The notes below the pieces were generated by a model that ran no database searches, was not told the origin of the DNA, and was given only the letters and a program-made list of their open reading frames with translations. A program made the translations under genes and the position numbers. Below, one piece after another: positions 18,445 to 27,152 of a stretch of DNA of 64,000 bases. Origin of the DNA: a virus. Its lineage: Duplodnaviria; Caudoviricetes. Numbering within the stretch: position 1 is the stretch's first letter; every line of letters begins with the position of its first letter. The stretch lies in the IMG/VR virus record IMGVR_UViG_3300028392_002123; one strand, given 5' to 3'.

Positions 18445-19292
18445 AGGTCTTCTATTAATTGATGGATCCATTGATCTTGTAAAAATTGTTCTTTCCAGAA
18501 CTTATTGTTATTTAGGTTTTCTATCGCATTTTTAATCATGCTAATATAAGGACCAGCTGGGCAACCGCCAAATGCTGTCATATAATCCCCTAGTTCAAAC
18601 TTGATAGTTTTTCCGCTGTTTAGATGAAATTCAATATAAAATTCATCTTGTGTATTATTTTTCCAACTCGCTTGAAACAACCATGTAGTATTGTTAGTAA
18701 TACCAATCTCACAAAAATCATCGATGCCAGTGTTGTTACTATCTTTAACTCTTTTGTATAAAGTTATACCTTTTTTGTATTCTGTTAATGCTGTATACAT
18801 ACTGAGTAAGTGTGGCATTAAGTCCCTGCTGACTCCACCAAAGGCCTTGGACTTGTCAGTGAACCAAGGACTAGACGGAACACCATCTTTCCTGCTCCAA
18901 CAAACAACCACCTTCTTGCTGAGTTTTACCAAGTCTCGATAACCAGACATTTCTGTGCGGAACTGATTGTTCCTAACCATCATTATTTTAGTGTTAGGAT
19001 AGTCGTCGATTAACTTTGTCCATGTAGTAGAATTTTCTACCCCAGGCTTTTCAATAATTAACAAACTAGTATGTTCGGCAACTTCTCTTGCAACAGATTC
19101 ATGCGTCCAGTTCGGTGTACCGATATAGACAATTTTAAAATTTTTATGATTGTCTATGGCTTCTTGTACTTGTCGATAGTCGGCCGCTTTATCTGTTGCA
19201 GGATCTACAGTAACTACTTGGTAATTGAGTTGTTTAAGCCATAAGGCATATTGTTGCCCCATGCCTAAACCTATCACTAAGGCTTTATCCAT
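18441..19292 (-). CDS. Gfo/Idh/MocA family oxidoreductase
   Basis: LVIGLGMG, YIGTPNWTH, IIEKP, FGGVSRDLMPH. Confidence 0.85.
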   Translation of the reverse strand: MDKALVIGLGMGQQYALWLKQLNYQVVTVDPATDKAADYRQVQEAIDNHKNFKIVYIGTPNWTHESVAREVAEHTSLLIIEKPGVENSTTWTKLIDDYPNTKIMMVRNNQFRTEMSGYRDLVKLSKKVVVCWSRKDGVPSSPWFTDKSKAFGGVSRDLMPHLLSMYTALTEYKKGITLYKRVKDSNNTGIDDFCEIGITNNTTWLFQASWKNNTQDEFYIEFHLNSGKTIKFELGDYMTAFGGCPAGPYISMIKNAIENLNNNKFWKEQFLQDQWIHQLIEDL

Positions 19293-20829
19293 TTTGTGCT
19301 TGTTTTAAAAGATTATCTGCTTCATCTTGATCCCAATCTTCCGCACCTTCTGCATCGTTGTCACTGCCTTTATCTTCATTGGAAAATAACATACTATGCG
19401 CGGCCGCGCTGGTCTTAAGAGTTCTCTTGCCGTTAAAATCTGCTAACAATTTGGCAGCACGATCTAATTCAGTAAATGGTGTTTCACTGGTAAACACACG
19501 ATTAACTAGTTCAGTAACATAGATAACATTACGTGGAACCCAGTTACTAAGTTCACCATTCTTACCCTTAGCTGGTGCCCATAGACCTGGATCTGGTTTA
19601 TGTAACAAACATGCAGTATCTGTAAGAGCATTAGCACGTTGAACTGATTCAATGTGTTGATAAACATTATGTGCCATCATTAAGAAGTAGCTAAAACTAT
19701 CCCATGATGTTCTGCTTTCTTTGCCTAGTTTGTTCAAGTCGCCGGGTTTGTAATAACAAACATCACCCATGGTCATACGCTCACCAATAGGACTACTCCA
19801 AGGCCAAGCAATACTACTGCCAGCAATACGTCTATCGTCAATAGCCTTGTCCATGATGTAACTAAAACGATTGTTGCGATGTACGTGTTGAGTATAAACT
19901 TGACCATAGGCAGTTGCTAAGAAAGGGCTGGCACAGTCAAAAGTGACTTTCATGTTAGGATTAACATGCTCGCGTAGGTTACGTTGAACAGCAGTTAGTA
20001 AACAAGCCAGTTCTAATTTACTTGTACCCAAGAAATGAATAACATCGCGTCCAGGTTCTAGTAATTTTTCATCGCGCATTGTAACCAACCTGCGTAACAT
20101 CAAGTCTGCGTCCTTCATGTTATTACCGCCCATGGCCCAACCTTCAAATGGATAATGCTTGACAGCTTCATACCATGTATCAGCATCTTCGTTATTACCA
20201 CCTTGCAGTACATTCAAGAATTTAGTTTTACCTTGACGATGTTTTAAGAAGAAATCATTGTTAAACAATGTTCCACGCAGGCAGTCGCCAAAATCTTTAA
20301 GACCTGTACGTTCGCGATTAATTGGAGCCGCACTCCAAGTAGGCAAGTCCAGTACCATACTATAGTCAGCGGTAAACTCTAGCCAATTAAGAATAGCCAT
20401 ACGAGTTTTATCCGCGGCGCCTACATAACCAGTATCGCCTTGTTTTTCCCAGAAACGTTGCCAGTCAAAGTTAATAACACCTTTACCGATCTGGAATCCA
20501 CCACTGTCGCCTAGGATAAAACTATCTGGATTAGTTCGGTCACGTTGTTGAATCATTGATTCTTCTACATAACTTTTCTTAATGTCTAACTGTGCATGTC
20601 CAGCAGAATAAAGTGCATCGGGATAATAGAAGTAGGCCTGTTCTTTATTTAAGAAATTAAAGCCTTCCATTCCATTTTCAAACTCTTGGGGAATTCTATT
20701 CTTTGGAACAAATTCTTCTTGTTGTTGTTTACTAACAAAAGTTTGATAAAACCCGCTAATACTTGGCAAAAAGACTGCATAGTCTTTGTTGCGAGTTTTT
20801 AAATCAACACGGGTTTTATGATCAAGCAT
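19285..20829 (-). CDS. dpdA: TGT-fold guanine transglycosylase, probable DNA 7-deazaguanine inserting enzyme (DpdA-like)
   Basis: GDSGGFQ, MVLD, LNVLQGG, GWAMGG, IHFLG, TFDCASP; clustered with folE/queD/queE; no CxCxxC zinc site. Confidence 0.78.
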   Translation of the reverse strand: MLDHKTRVDLKTRNKDYAVFLPSISGFYQTFVSKQQQEEFVPKNRIPQEFENGMEGFNFLNKEQAYFYYPDALYSAGHAQLDIKKSYVEESMIQQRDRTNPDSFILGDSGGFQIGKGVINFDWQRFWEKQGDTGYVGAADKTRMAILNWLEFTADYSMVLDLPTWSAAPINRERTGLKDFGDCLRGTLFNNDFFLKHRQGKTKFLNVLQGGNNEDADTWYEAVKHYPFEGWAMGGNNMKDADLMLRRLVTMRDEKLLEPGRDVIHFLGTSKLELACLLTAVQRNLREHVNPNMKVTFDCASPFLATAYGQVYTQHVHRNNRFSYIMDKAIDDRRIAGSSIAWPWSSPIGERMTMGDVCYYKPGDLNKLGKESRTSWDSFSYFLMMAHNVYQHIESVQRANALTDTACLLHKPDPGLWAPAKGKNGELSNWVPRNVIYVTELVNRVFTSETPFTELDRAAKLLADFNGKRTLKTSAAAHSMLFSNEDKGSDNDAEGAEDWDQDEADNLLKQAQNG

Positions 20830-21163
20830 TTACATAGCCATTTGATGTATGTTTCATAGTTGGCGCCAGATCCAACCATGGGCTTTTGTATAACCCTACG
20901 TGTACTTTTAATTTCTTAGGAGTACGATCCCTTGTGATTTGAATGTTCACATCATACGTGAAACTTTGTTCTTTCAAAATGATCTCAGTGATTTGATAAT
21001 CATAGATCCAATTTTGATTACGCATATCATTAAGATATGCATCGAACAAATGAGCAGGTAACTCACCTAGGCCGTCTTGTAACAGGCCGTCATGTACTTC
21101 TGCAATCTTAAGCAGATCATATTTAATATCATTGATATTAATGGGGGCTCTTGAAATATTCAT
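20822..21163 (-). CDS. Hypothetical protein
   Basis: 113 aa; AAGGA RBS. Confidence 0.65.
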   Translation of the reverse strand: MNISRAPININDIKYDLLKIAEVHDGLLQDGLGELPAHLFDAYLNDMRNQNWIYDYQITEIILKEQSFTYDVNIQITRDRTPKKLKVHVGLYKSPWLDLAPTMKHTSNGYVNA

Positions 21164-21177
21164 ATTGTTATTCCTTA

Positions 21178-21558
21178 TTAAATTTCATATTCTATGTGGC
21201 AACCGTTTTCGCCATCTTCAGAGACTTCGATCCAAATTTCTCGATTAGGATACTTCAGCGCGATAACTCCGTATAAGTCGTCTGCAATCATTTCACAACT
21301 CTTATAGTTAAGTTCTAAAACGGAACCTTGACCATTATACAACGACTCGAGCCATCGTTTGAACTGGATGAACTCGATGTCCCTGTCATCGTGGAACACA
21401 TCAATTGACACCCTGAAATGAAAAATGTGGCGATGAGGACTAGCAAGAAACGATACATCATATTCATCTCCTGTGGCTAGATTAGGGTCTGTTGCCGCCG
21501 CGGGATAGCAGTGAATACCTTCTTTACGAAAGGTAATCCATATTTTCTTTTTAATCAT
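21178..21558 (-). CDS. queD: QueD-like 6-carboxytetrahydropterin synthase (T-fold)
   Basis: EGIH, HRHIF, SCEMIA, IEVSEDGENG pattern and deazaguanine context. Confidence 0.7.
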   Translation of the reverse strand: MIKKKIWITFRKEGIHCYPAAATDPNLATGDEYDVSFLASPHRHIFHFRVSIDVFHDDRDIEFIQFKRWLESLYNGQGSVLELNYKSCEMIADDLYGVIALKYPNREIWIEVSEDGENGCHIEYEI

Positions 21559-21560
21559 AA

Positions 21561-21758
21561 TTAAGATAAACGTTCGATGCGATCAATACTAGGCAATGAT
21601 GATAACTCGTCGGCTTCGGCCTTAGATGTATCTGCTTTGCCCACATATTTCTGATGGAGTTGCCATAACTTCCAATCAATCGCTTCTAAAATTTCAACCT
21701 GTTTGGACATGAGTTTTAGCATGGCCATTTGTTGTTGTTCTGGTGTTAAGTTGCTCAT
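21561..21758 (-). CDS. Hypothetical protein (DWKLW motif)
   Basis: 65 aa. Confidence 0.6.
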   Translation of the reverse strand: MSNLTPEQQQMAMLKLMSKQVEILEAIDWKLWQLHQKYVGKADTSKAEADELSSLPSIDRIERLS

Positions 21759-22168
21759 TTGAGATTTTCCTTTTCTTCAATTTCTAAGCTAGGTAGTTCT
21801 ACAAAGACATACCCGTTTTCTTTGGCAATCAATTCTACTACGTTCATAATTTTCCACATTTTCCAATCTGTGCTATGAGCCAAGGCGTGAACTTTTTCCA
21901 TGTTATTGTGCAATTTTGTAAAATTTGCATTAAGTTCAGCTAACTCGGTAATCAGTGGAGTCAAGTCTGCATTTACTGTTAGTTCAGATTGTTCTGTTAA
22001 CTTAGTGCCAGTCTTAGGTGGTTTAACAGATGGCCCGGTGCTGTCGATTGTTTCTACACTAATGCCAGTATCTATGGTAATCGAATCAAGTGCAGATTTA
22101 TCAATAGTGACTTTTTTCTTAGATGCTGGAATAGAAATATCTAATTCTTTTTTTGCTTTAGTTGCCAT
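21755..22168 (-). CDS. Hypothetical protein (DWKMW motif)
   Basis: 137 aa; AGAGG RBS. Confidence 0.65.
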   Translation of the reverse strand: MATKAKKELDISIPASKKKVTIDKSALDSITIDTGISVETIDSTGPSVKPPKTGTKLTEQSELTVNADLTPLITELAELNANFTKLHNNMEKVHALAHSTDWKMWKIMNVVELIAKENGYVFVELPSLEIEEKENLK

Positions 22169-22177
22169 ATGTACCTC

Positions 22178-22915
22178 TTACCTTGTGTGACCTGGTAAAA
22201 TATAATTGTATGTGCCAACACCACTGTTGATAGTAATCAAACAAGCAATTTGACAAAATTTTACAGTACATTCACCGCTCATGCCAAGCTTTAAGATTGC
22301 CAAAAATTTATCAATGGGCCAAGCATAACCTTCTTTGATAGAACCAGTTACTCCGCTGGCAAATGTCATACGACCAAAGTGACTGCCACCAACGTCGCTG
22401 CCAAAGATAAAAATAAGGTCATTATTTTCTACAGTAACAGTAAATGTTGGCTCTAGGCCACTGTAAATTCCTGCCTTAGCAGACATTTCGCTGACTTTAC
22501 TTTTCTTTGGTTCAAATTCAATTTCCCATTTAGGAACTTTGAAAGAACTTTGTTCAAGTTGTGTGTCAATGATTTCTTTGGTCATTAAACGATACTTGTC
22601 GCTGTTACCATCTGCGTCTTTAAATTGAATGTAGTCGGGTACTGCTACATTATTTTTTGTTGAAGATAAAATTTCAACTTCTGCGCCTTCTTTGTTATAA
22701 AGGCCACTAAGACCATTAAGGAAACTTAAATTTCCCAGGCCTACTTCTCCAATTAAACCCGGATTAGGGTTTGCAAGTTGTGCATCAAGAACTACGTCTC
22801 GGTCTGTGTCACAGGTCCAAATTTCTGTTGCCTCGTCAGTGCCAGTAATTTTTGCCAAGTCAAAGAAGCCTAAACTAGCCGTATGACGCACAATGTCTAA
22901 GATTGCGTCTTTCAT
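22178..22915 (-). CDS. Probable DNA polymerase sliding clamp (gp45-like)
   Basis: 245 aa, alternating helix/strand pattern, near the polymerase; recognised by family resemblance only. Confidence 0.55.
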   Translation of the reverse strand: MKDAILDIVRHTASLGFFDLAKITGTDEATEIWTCDTDRDVVLDAQLANPNPGLIGEVGLGNLSFLNGLSGLYNKEGAEVEILSSTKNNVAVPDYIQFKDADGNSDKYRLMTKEIIDTQLEQSSFKVPKWEIEFEPKKSKVSEMSAKAGIYSGLEPTFTVTVENNDLIFIFGSDVGGSHFGRMTFASGVTGSIKEGYAWPIDKFLAILKLGMSGECTVKFCQIACLITINSGVGTYNYILPGHTR

Positions 22916-22936
22916 ATATAATCTCTCCTTGTTACT

Positions 22937-22965
22937 ATTGTATAGTATTTAGATTTTTAAGTCAA
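22937..22965 (-). promoter_or_regulatory. Sigma70-type promoter TTGACT-N17-TACAAT (TAAATA in spacer)
   Basis: Upstream of the clamp gene. Confidence 0.65.
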
Positions 22966-23344
22966 CTGTTTGCCCATTTGCGATCACCAAAATCATTAGT
23001 AATATATAGGTCAGTTGATGTATAAACTGGTCGGCACCAAACCAAATCCAGTAATGTTTGTCCTTGTAACTACGAGGGCCAAACTTCATTTTAATCCAAT
23101 CGATGTGATAGTGGACAAAAAAATCCAACGCGGCCAAGATAATTGCCCACAGTGGAATCAAAAATAATACACAGACTATAAACGTACCCATCATATGATG
23201 AAAGGAATGTCTTAATCCTAGGCCATGAAAATATATGCCTTTATTTTCGGCCATCTCACTGGTCTGTAAAACAAAGTCGCAGATGAAATGTTTGAATGTC
23301 AGCAATATTGCCCATTGTAACATATAGTAGTCGTGTGTTGACAT
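22949..23344 (-). CDS. DUF3307-like membrane protein
   Basis: KHFICDFVLQ, HSFHH, HYHIDWIK, GADQFIH and hydrophobic helices. Confidence 0.8.
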   Translation of the reverse strand: MSTHDYYMLQWAILLTFKHFICDFVLQTSEMAENKGIYFHGLGLRHSFHHMMGTFIVCVLFLIPLWAIILAALDFFVHYHIDWIKMKFGPRSYKDKHYWIWFGADQFIHQLTYILLMILVIANGQTVDLKI

Positions 23345-23356
23345 GAATTTATTTAG

Positions 23357-26014
23357 TTAGCTAAACAACAAATCAAAGGCATTTTTTTGATCACTGGCTC
23401 TAATATCCCACTCAAGTACACCAATCAAGTTATCAATTTTATTATTGATAATTGTTTCTTCCATGGCTTGATGATCAAAGCCCATTTCGTCGGTGAACCA
23501 ACTGGGCAGTCTCATTTCATCAATAGGATATGCAATACTGGTAATGCCCATTGGATTATTCTTTAGTTTACAGACAATAACTTTCATGCCGTCTGTTATT
23601 TCCATACTTCGGTTATCACTATATGCCTTGCGTAAACGATTCCAGTTAATGGCCGCCATGGCATGACCAACACCACACTTGCCAGTCTTATTAAAGACTT
23701 CTGTATGTTTGGTCAAGTTATTAACACGCTTGGGTGTGCCTTTTTCCCAACCTGGTCTATCCTTAAATGCTGTGCGGAATTCATTGATAGCATCAATCAC
23801 ATCCTGCTTGTCCTGGCCCAGCAGGACCATCATAAGAATTTTTTCCAAAAACTTTTGCATGAACTCAGGAGTGTCTGCTCGTTTCATATCAAGACCCATG
23901 GCCTTGATCTCTCCAGGTTCCCCGTCTTTGTCTTTGCGTTTGCCTTCTTTATCATAGATAAGAACTGCATAGCGTTTCTTGGTAATGTATAGACCTTTTG
24001 ACGCAACGACTTCACGACCTGCTTTAATAATTTCCCCTAGGTTAGTGGGAACATTAAACGCAGTATTCATAAACTGTGGGAATGTAGCATTAACTTCTTC
24101 GGCCACAGCATCATATAGTTCAATGACTTTTTCTCTAGACCAATCAACTTCATTACGAGTAATCTGTTCTTGATAAATCGGATAAGCACTAAAGTAACAA
24201 CTGTCAGTGTCACCGTAGATAATTGATTTACCTGTATGATCATATTCTCCGGTGAACATGGCATTAACCTGACTGGCCATATGTTTGGCAACCTGCCTGC
24301 CACTGAGTGTGGTACTCTGTCCTAGTCTGTGATCAAAGAATCTACTACCTGCATTTAACAACGCACCATATGCAGAGTTCAAATTAATTTTCTTAACCAG
24401 TTGTCGCTTGTCCCAATATTCTTCTGCTACTTTGTCGCCTGAATTAATTGCTTCTCTTAATTTCTTTTGTAGTTCTTTACGTTCACTGTACCAACGAGTG
24501 AGCAGGCCTGGAATAATACCCTGCTTTTCGTAGGTAAAGATTGTGCCATTGGCACTGAGCATCCAAGGCTTACCTTGTAGATAAATCAAGTCATGGGCTT
24601 CTGCCGCTGACATTTCTGTGGCAGTACCGTTCTCCCAATCAATGACAAGATCATAGGCCTTGTTCTTGGACATAACTTCATTGTACTCATGAATAGCAAA
24701 TTTACCATCCCAATAGTCAGCAAATGCTTTACCTGAATCTAACCACTGTTTAAGTTCTGATTTAGTTTGTTGTTGACGTACTTGTCCAATGATAGTTTCC
24801 GGACTCATATTAAGACTACGAATTAAACTAGGATACAGACTGTTCAAGTCCATGCTTCCAATCCAATCGTGTACGCCTTTTTTCGGATAAGCAACATAAG
24901 CGCCAGCGGCCTGCGTTTCACTGGACTCGCTGTGCTTACGGTCAGGTACAATTAAATTTCTGCTGTGTGCTTCGTTGATAACTGCTTGGTCTGTAACTGC
25001 CACAGCACCCATGGTAGTTGGTAATGTAACAGTATTTGCATGAGCCAATACATTGACAAGATCGATGAACTGTAATTTTTTATCCAGTTTAACCAGCAAC
25101 ATAGTGTCTTGTCTATTATAAGCAATAAACTTTTCAAAGTCATTGTTATATAATTGGTCCAATGTTCCTTCGTATTGGACTTTGTTTTCGCCTAGCTCAT
25201 ATTCTCCAACAAAGTCCAAGCGATAGCTGGGCAATTCATGATATGTGTATTTGCGATATAGTTCAAGATAGTCTAAGTGTATGCGTCCAATGAAATCATA
25301 GGTTTCCGACAATTTACCATACTTTTCATATTCACGTTTTCTGGGTTTTGAATCCCATAGACAAAATCTACGACTATGATCAGCGCCAAGTAACTTAATA
25401 ACACGGTTAACAGTATAAGGTACGTCGTAGCCTTCACTGTTCCAACCACTGATAGTGTCAGCATCATCTAGTAGACTAAGAAAGATGTCCAACATTTCTT
25501 CTTCGGTGTTACACAGTATGGTATTCTCAAACCTATTAACAATAGCTTCCGCTTGTTCCAAGCTCATCAGTGTTGGTTTGATACACAAGGTAACTAGCCG
25601 TTCTAACCAACTTAAATAAACAGTGATAGCAGTGATTGGATTAAAAGGATCACTGGGATCCGCAAAACCCTTTACCTTGTCAAATGCAACTTCGATGTCA
25701 AAGAATGCTTTGTTAAGGTTAGGCGCTTCCGCATTTAAATAGTTTTTCTCTAAACAACGATTCAGCGGTTTGATATCGCTTTCGTATAGTTGTTTATGTC
25801 CGTATACACGTTTTTCTTTTTCAAATGCTTTACGACTTGCTACAGCAACTTTGCTCAGTCTTTTACCGTCAATACTTGTGTATTTGCCTTTGTTATCCTG
25901 ATAATAAAATTCATAGTGCGCTGGAAATTGTTTATACTTTCTCTCACCGTCTATGCGTTCTACTACATTGATAATATCTTTTTCTTTGATGTAAACTGCG
26001 TCAATATAACTCAT
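23357..26014 (-). CDS. polB: Family B DNA polymerase
   Basis: Exo FFDIE and SGWNSEGYD; DLNSLYPS; KINLNSAYG; YGDTDS; KKRY. Confidence 0.98.
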   Translation of the reverse strand: MSYIDAVYIKEKDIINVVERIDGERKYKQFPAHYEFYYQDNKGKYTSIDGKRLSKVAVASRKAFEKEKRVYGHKQLYESDIKPLNRCLEKNYLNAEAPNLNKAFFDIEVAFDKVKGFADPSDPFNPITAITVYLSWLERLVTLCIKPTLMSLEQAEAIVNRFENTILCNTEEEMLDIFLSLLDDADTISGWNSEGYDVPYTVNRVIKLLGADHSRRFCLWDSKPRKREYEKYGKLSETYDFIGRIHLDYLELYRKYTYHELPSYRLDFVGEYELGENKVQYEGTLDQLYNNDFEKFIAYNRQDTMLLVKLDKKLQFIDLVNVLAHANTVTLPTTMGAVAVTDQAVINEAHSRNLIVPDRKHSESSETQAAGAYVAYPKKGVHDWIGSMDLNSLYPSLIRSLNMSPETIIGQVRQQQTKSELKQWLDSGKAFADYWDGKFAIHEYNEVMSKNKAYDLVIDWENGTATEMSAAEAHDLIYLQGKPWMLSANGTIFTYEKQGIIPGLLTRWYSERKELQKKLREAINSGDKVAEEYWDKRQLVKKINLNSAYGALLNAGSRFFDHRLGQSTTLSGRQVAKHMASQVNAMFTGEYDHTGKSIIYGDTDSCYFSAYPIYQEQITRNEVDWSREKVIELYDAVAEEVNATFPQFMNTAFNVPTNLGEIIKAGREVVASKGLYITKKRYAVLIYDKEGKRKDKDGEPGEIKAMGLDMKRADTPEFMQKFLEKILMMVLLGQDKQDVIDAINEFRTAFKDRPGWEKGTPKRVNNLTKHTEVFNKTGKCGVGHAMAAINWNRLRKAYSDNRSMEITDGMKVIVCKLKNNPMGITSIAYPIDEMRLPSWFTDEMGFDHQAMEETIINNKIDNLIGVLEWDIRASDQKNAFDLLFS

Positions 26015-26079
26015 AGGATATTATATATGCCTAACATATGGATTACAGTATTGATAATACTGTTGTTTGGAAAAGTCAA

Positions 26080-26337
26080 TCAACGATGTCCTGCAACTTC
26101 AAGAACTTCTTCAACTTCAGTGAAACTGTTTTGTTCTTTCTCAAATTCATTTTTGTAAGCAATTTTAAGAGCTTTCTTGAGAACAGCAGGCTTCATATCA
26201 AGCTCTTCGGCAATGCCTTTGATTGTATCACTGAGACCTTCATTGAGTGCATTGATCTCGCCGAGTACTTGGATTCCTTCGGCAAATAGTTTTTTGATTT
26301 TGGCTTTTTCTTCGCCTGAAAACATGCGCTGTGGCAT
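26080..26337 (-). CDS. Small dsDNA-binding protein (T4 DsbA/DUF2312-like)
   Basis: 85 aa helical, IAEELDMKPAVLKKALKIAYK; next to the polymerase. Confidence 0.6.
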   Translation of the reverse strand: MPQRMFSGEEKAKIKKLFAEGIQVLGEINALNEGLSDTIKGIAEELDMKPAVLKKALKIAYKNEFEKEQNSFTEVEEVLEVAGHR

Positions 26338-26363
26338 AGTTAGCTCCTTTAAAGTAAGTACTG

Positions 26364-26392
26364 ATTGTACAGCAATTATCGATAAAGGTCAA
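26364..26392 (-). promoter_or_regulatory. Sigma70-type promoter TTGACC-N17-TACAAT
   Basis: Upstream of the DsbA-like/polymerase genes. Confidence 0.7.
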
Positions 26393-26394
26393 TG

Positions 26395-26631
26395 TTATTT
26401 GGTAAACAATTCTGCTTCTCGTTGTCGATTGGACAACATAGTGGGATCTTTTCGTCCATTTCGAACAGCCCATCTAAGAAATTCATCTGCGACATTTAAA
26501 TCGTTTTGATTAATTTTTTTAAGTATAGTACTGTTTTGAAAAAGTACTATACCAATGTCATCGGCCAAGCTGGTCAATGCTTGAAGTTGATCAGTTGTCA
26601 ACTCTACTTTAATTAAATTTTTTATCTGCAT
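26395..26631 (-). CDS. C-terminal half of a GH24 phage lysozyme (no catalytic N-terminal region)
   Basis: LTTDQLQALTSL...STILKKIN...DEFLRW...NRQREAELF; TGATG coupling to dps. Confidence 0.7.
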   Translation of the reverse strand: MQIKNLIKVELTTDQLQALTSLADDIGIVLFQNSTILKKINQNDLNVADEFLRWAVRNGRKDPTMLSNRQREAELFTK

Positions 26632-27152
26632 CAAGCTCTATTTAGCTTCAAGGTAGACGTTAACATCCATAGATGTTTGTCATGAGCATCTTGACGATCT
26701 GCCATTAAGTTAGCAAGGCCATGATTGCCCACTGCTTCAGCAAGTTCGTAACATCTGACCAAGCTGTCTAATACAACACTAGAATCATCTACTAACATCT
26801 GTATCATAGCACTGGCTGTTGGTATTTCAACTTGATCTTCTATTTCTGCTAGTTGACCGAATCTAGTAAAACTAGCTGGAGCATAAGCACCTAATGTGCG
26901 AACACGTTCTGCAATCGTATCTACACTACCATATACTTCTTCATAGATAGTGCTAAACAAAGCATGGTATTGTGGAAAGTTTGGACCTTCTACATTCCAG
27001 TGAAAGTTCTGTGCTTTAAGAGAAAATGCATATTCATTTGCTAAAACTATTTTGAGTGCTTGTACTAATTCATCCATACTAGATTCCTTTGAAATATTTA
27101 CATTATTTAAAGTATTATCTGTGTCATCGGCTTCAACAAAAGTATTATCCAT
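26631..27152 (-). CDS. dps: Dps/ferritin-like DNA starvation protein
   Basis: KAQNFHWNVEGPNF..YHALF, DTIAERVRTLG, DKHLWML. Confidence 0.93.
   Translation of the reverse strand: MDNTFVEADDTDNTLNNVNISKESSMDELVQALKIVLANEYAFSLKAQNFHWNVEGPNFPQYHALFSTIYEEVYGSVDTIAERVRTLGAYAPASFTRFGQLAEIEDQVEIPTASAMIQMLVDDSSVVLDSLVRCYELAEAVGNHGLANLMADRQDAHDKHLWMLTSTLKLNRA

Noticed and set aside
23357-26014. Intron or intein in the DNA polymerase
   Set aside because: Single continuous 885-aa ORF with normally spaced motifs
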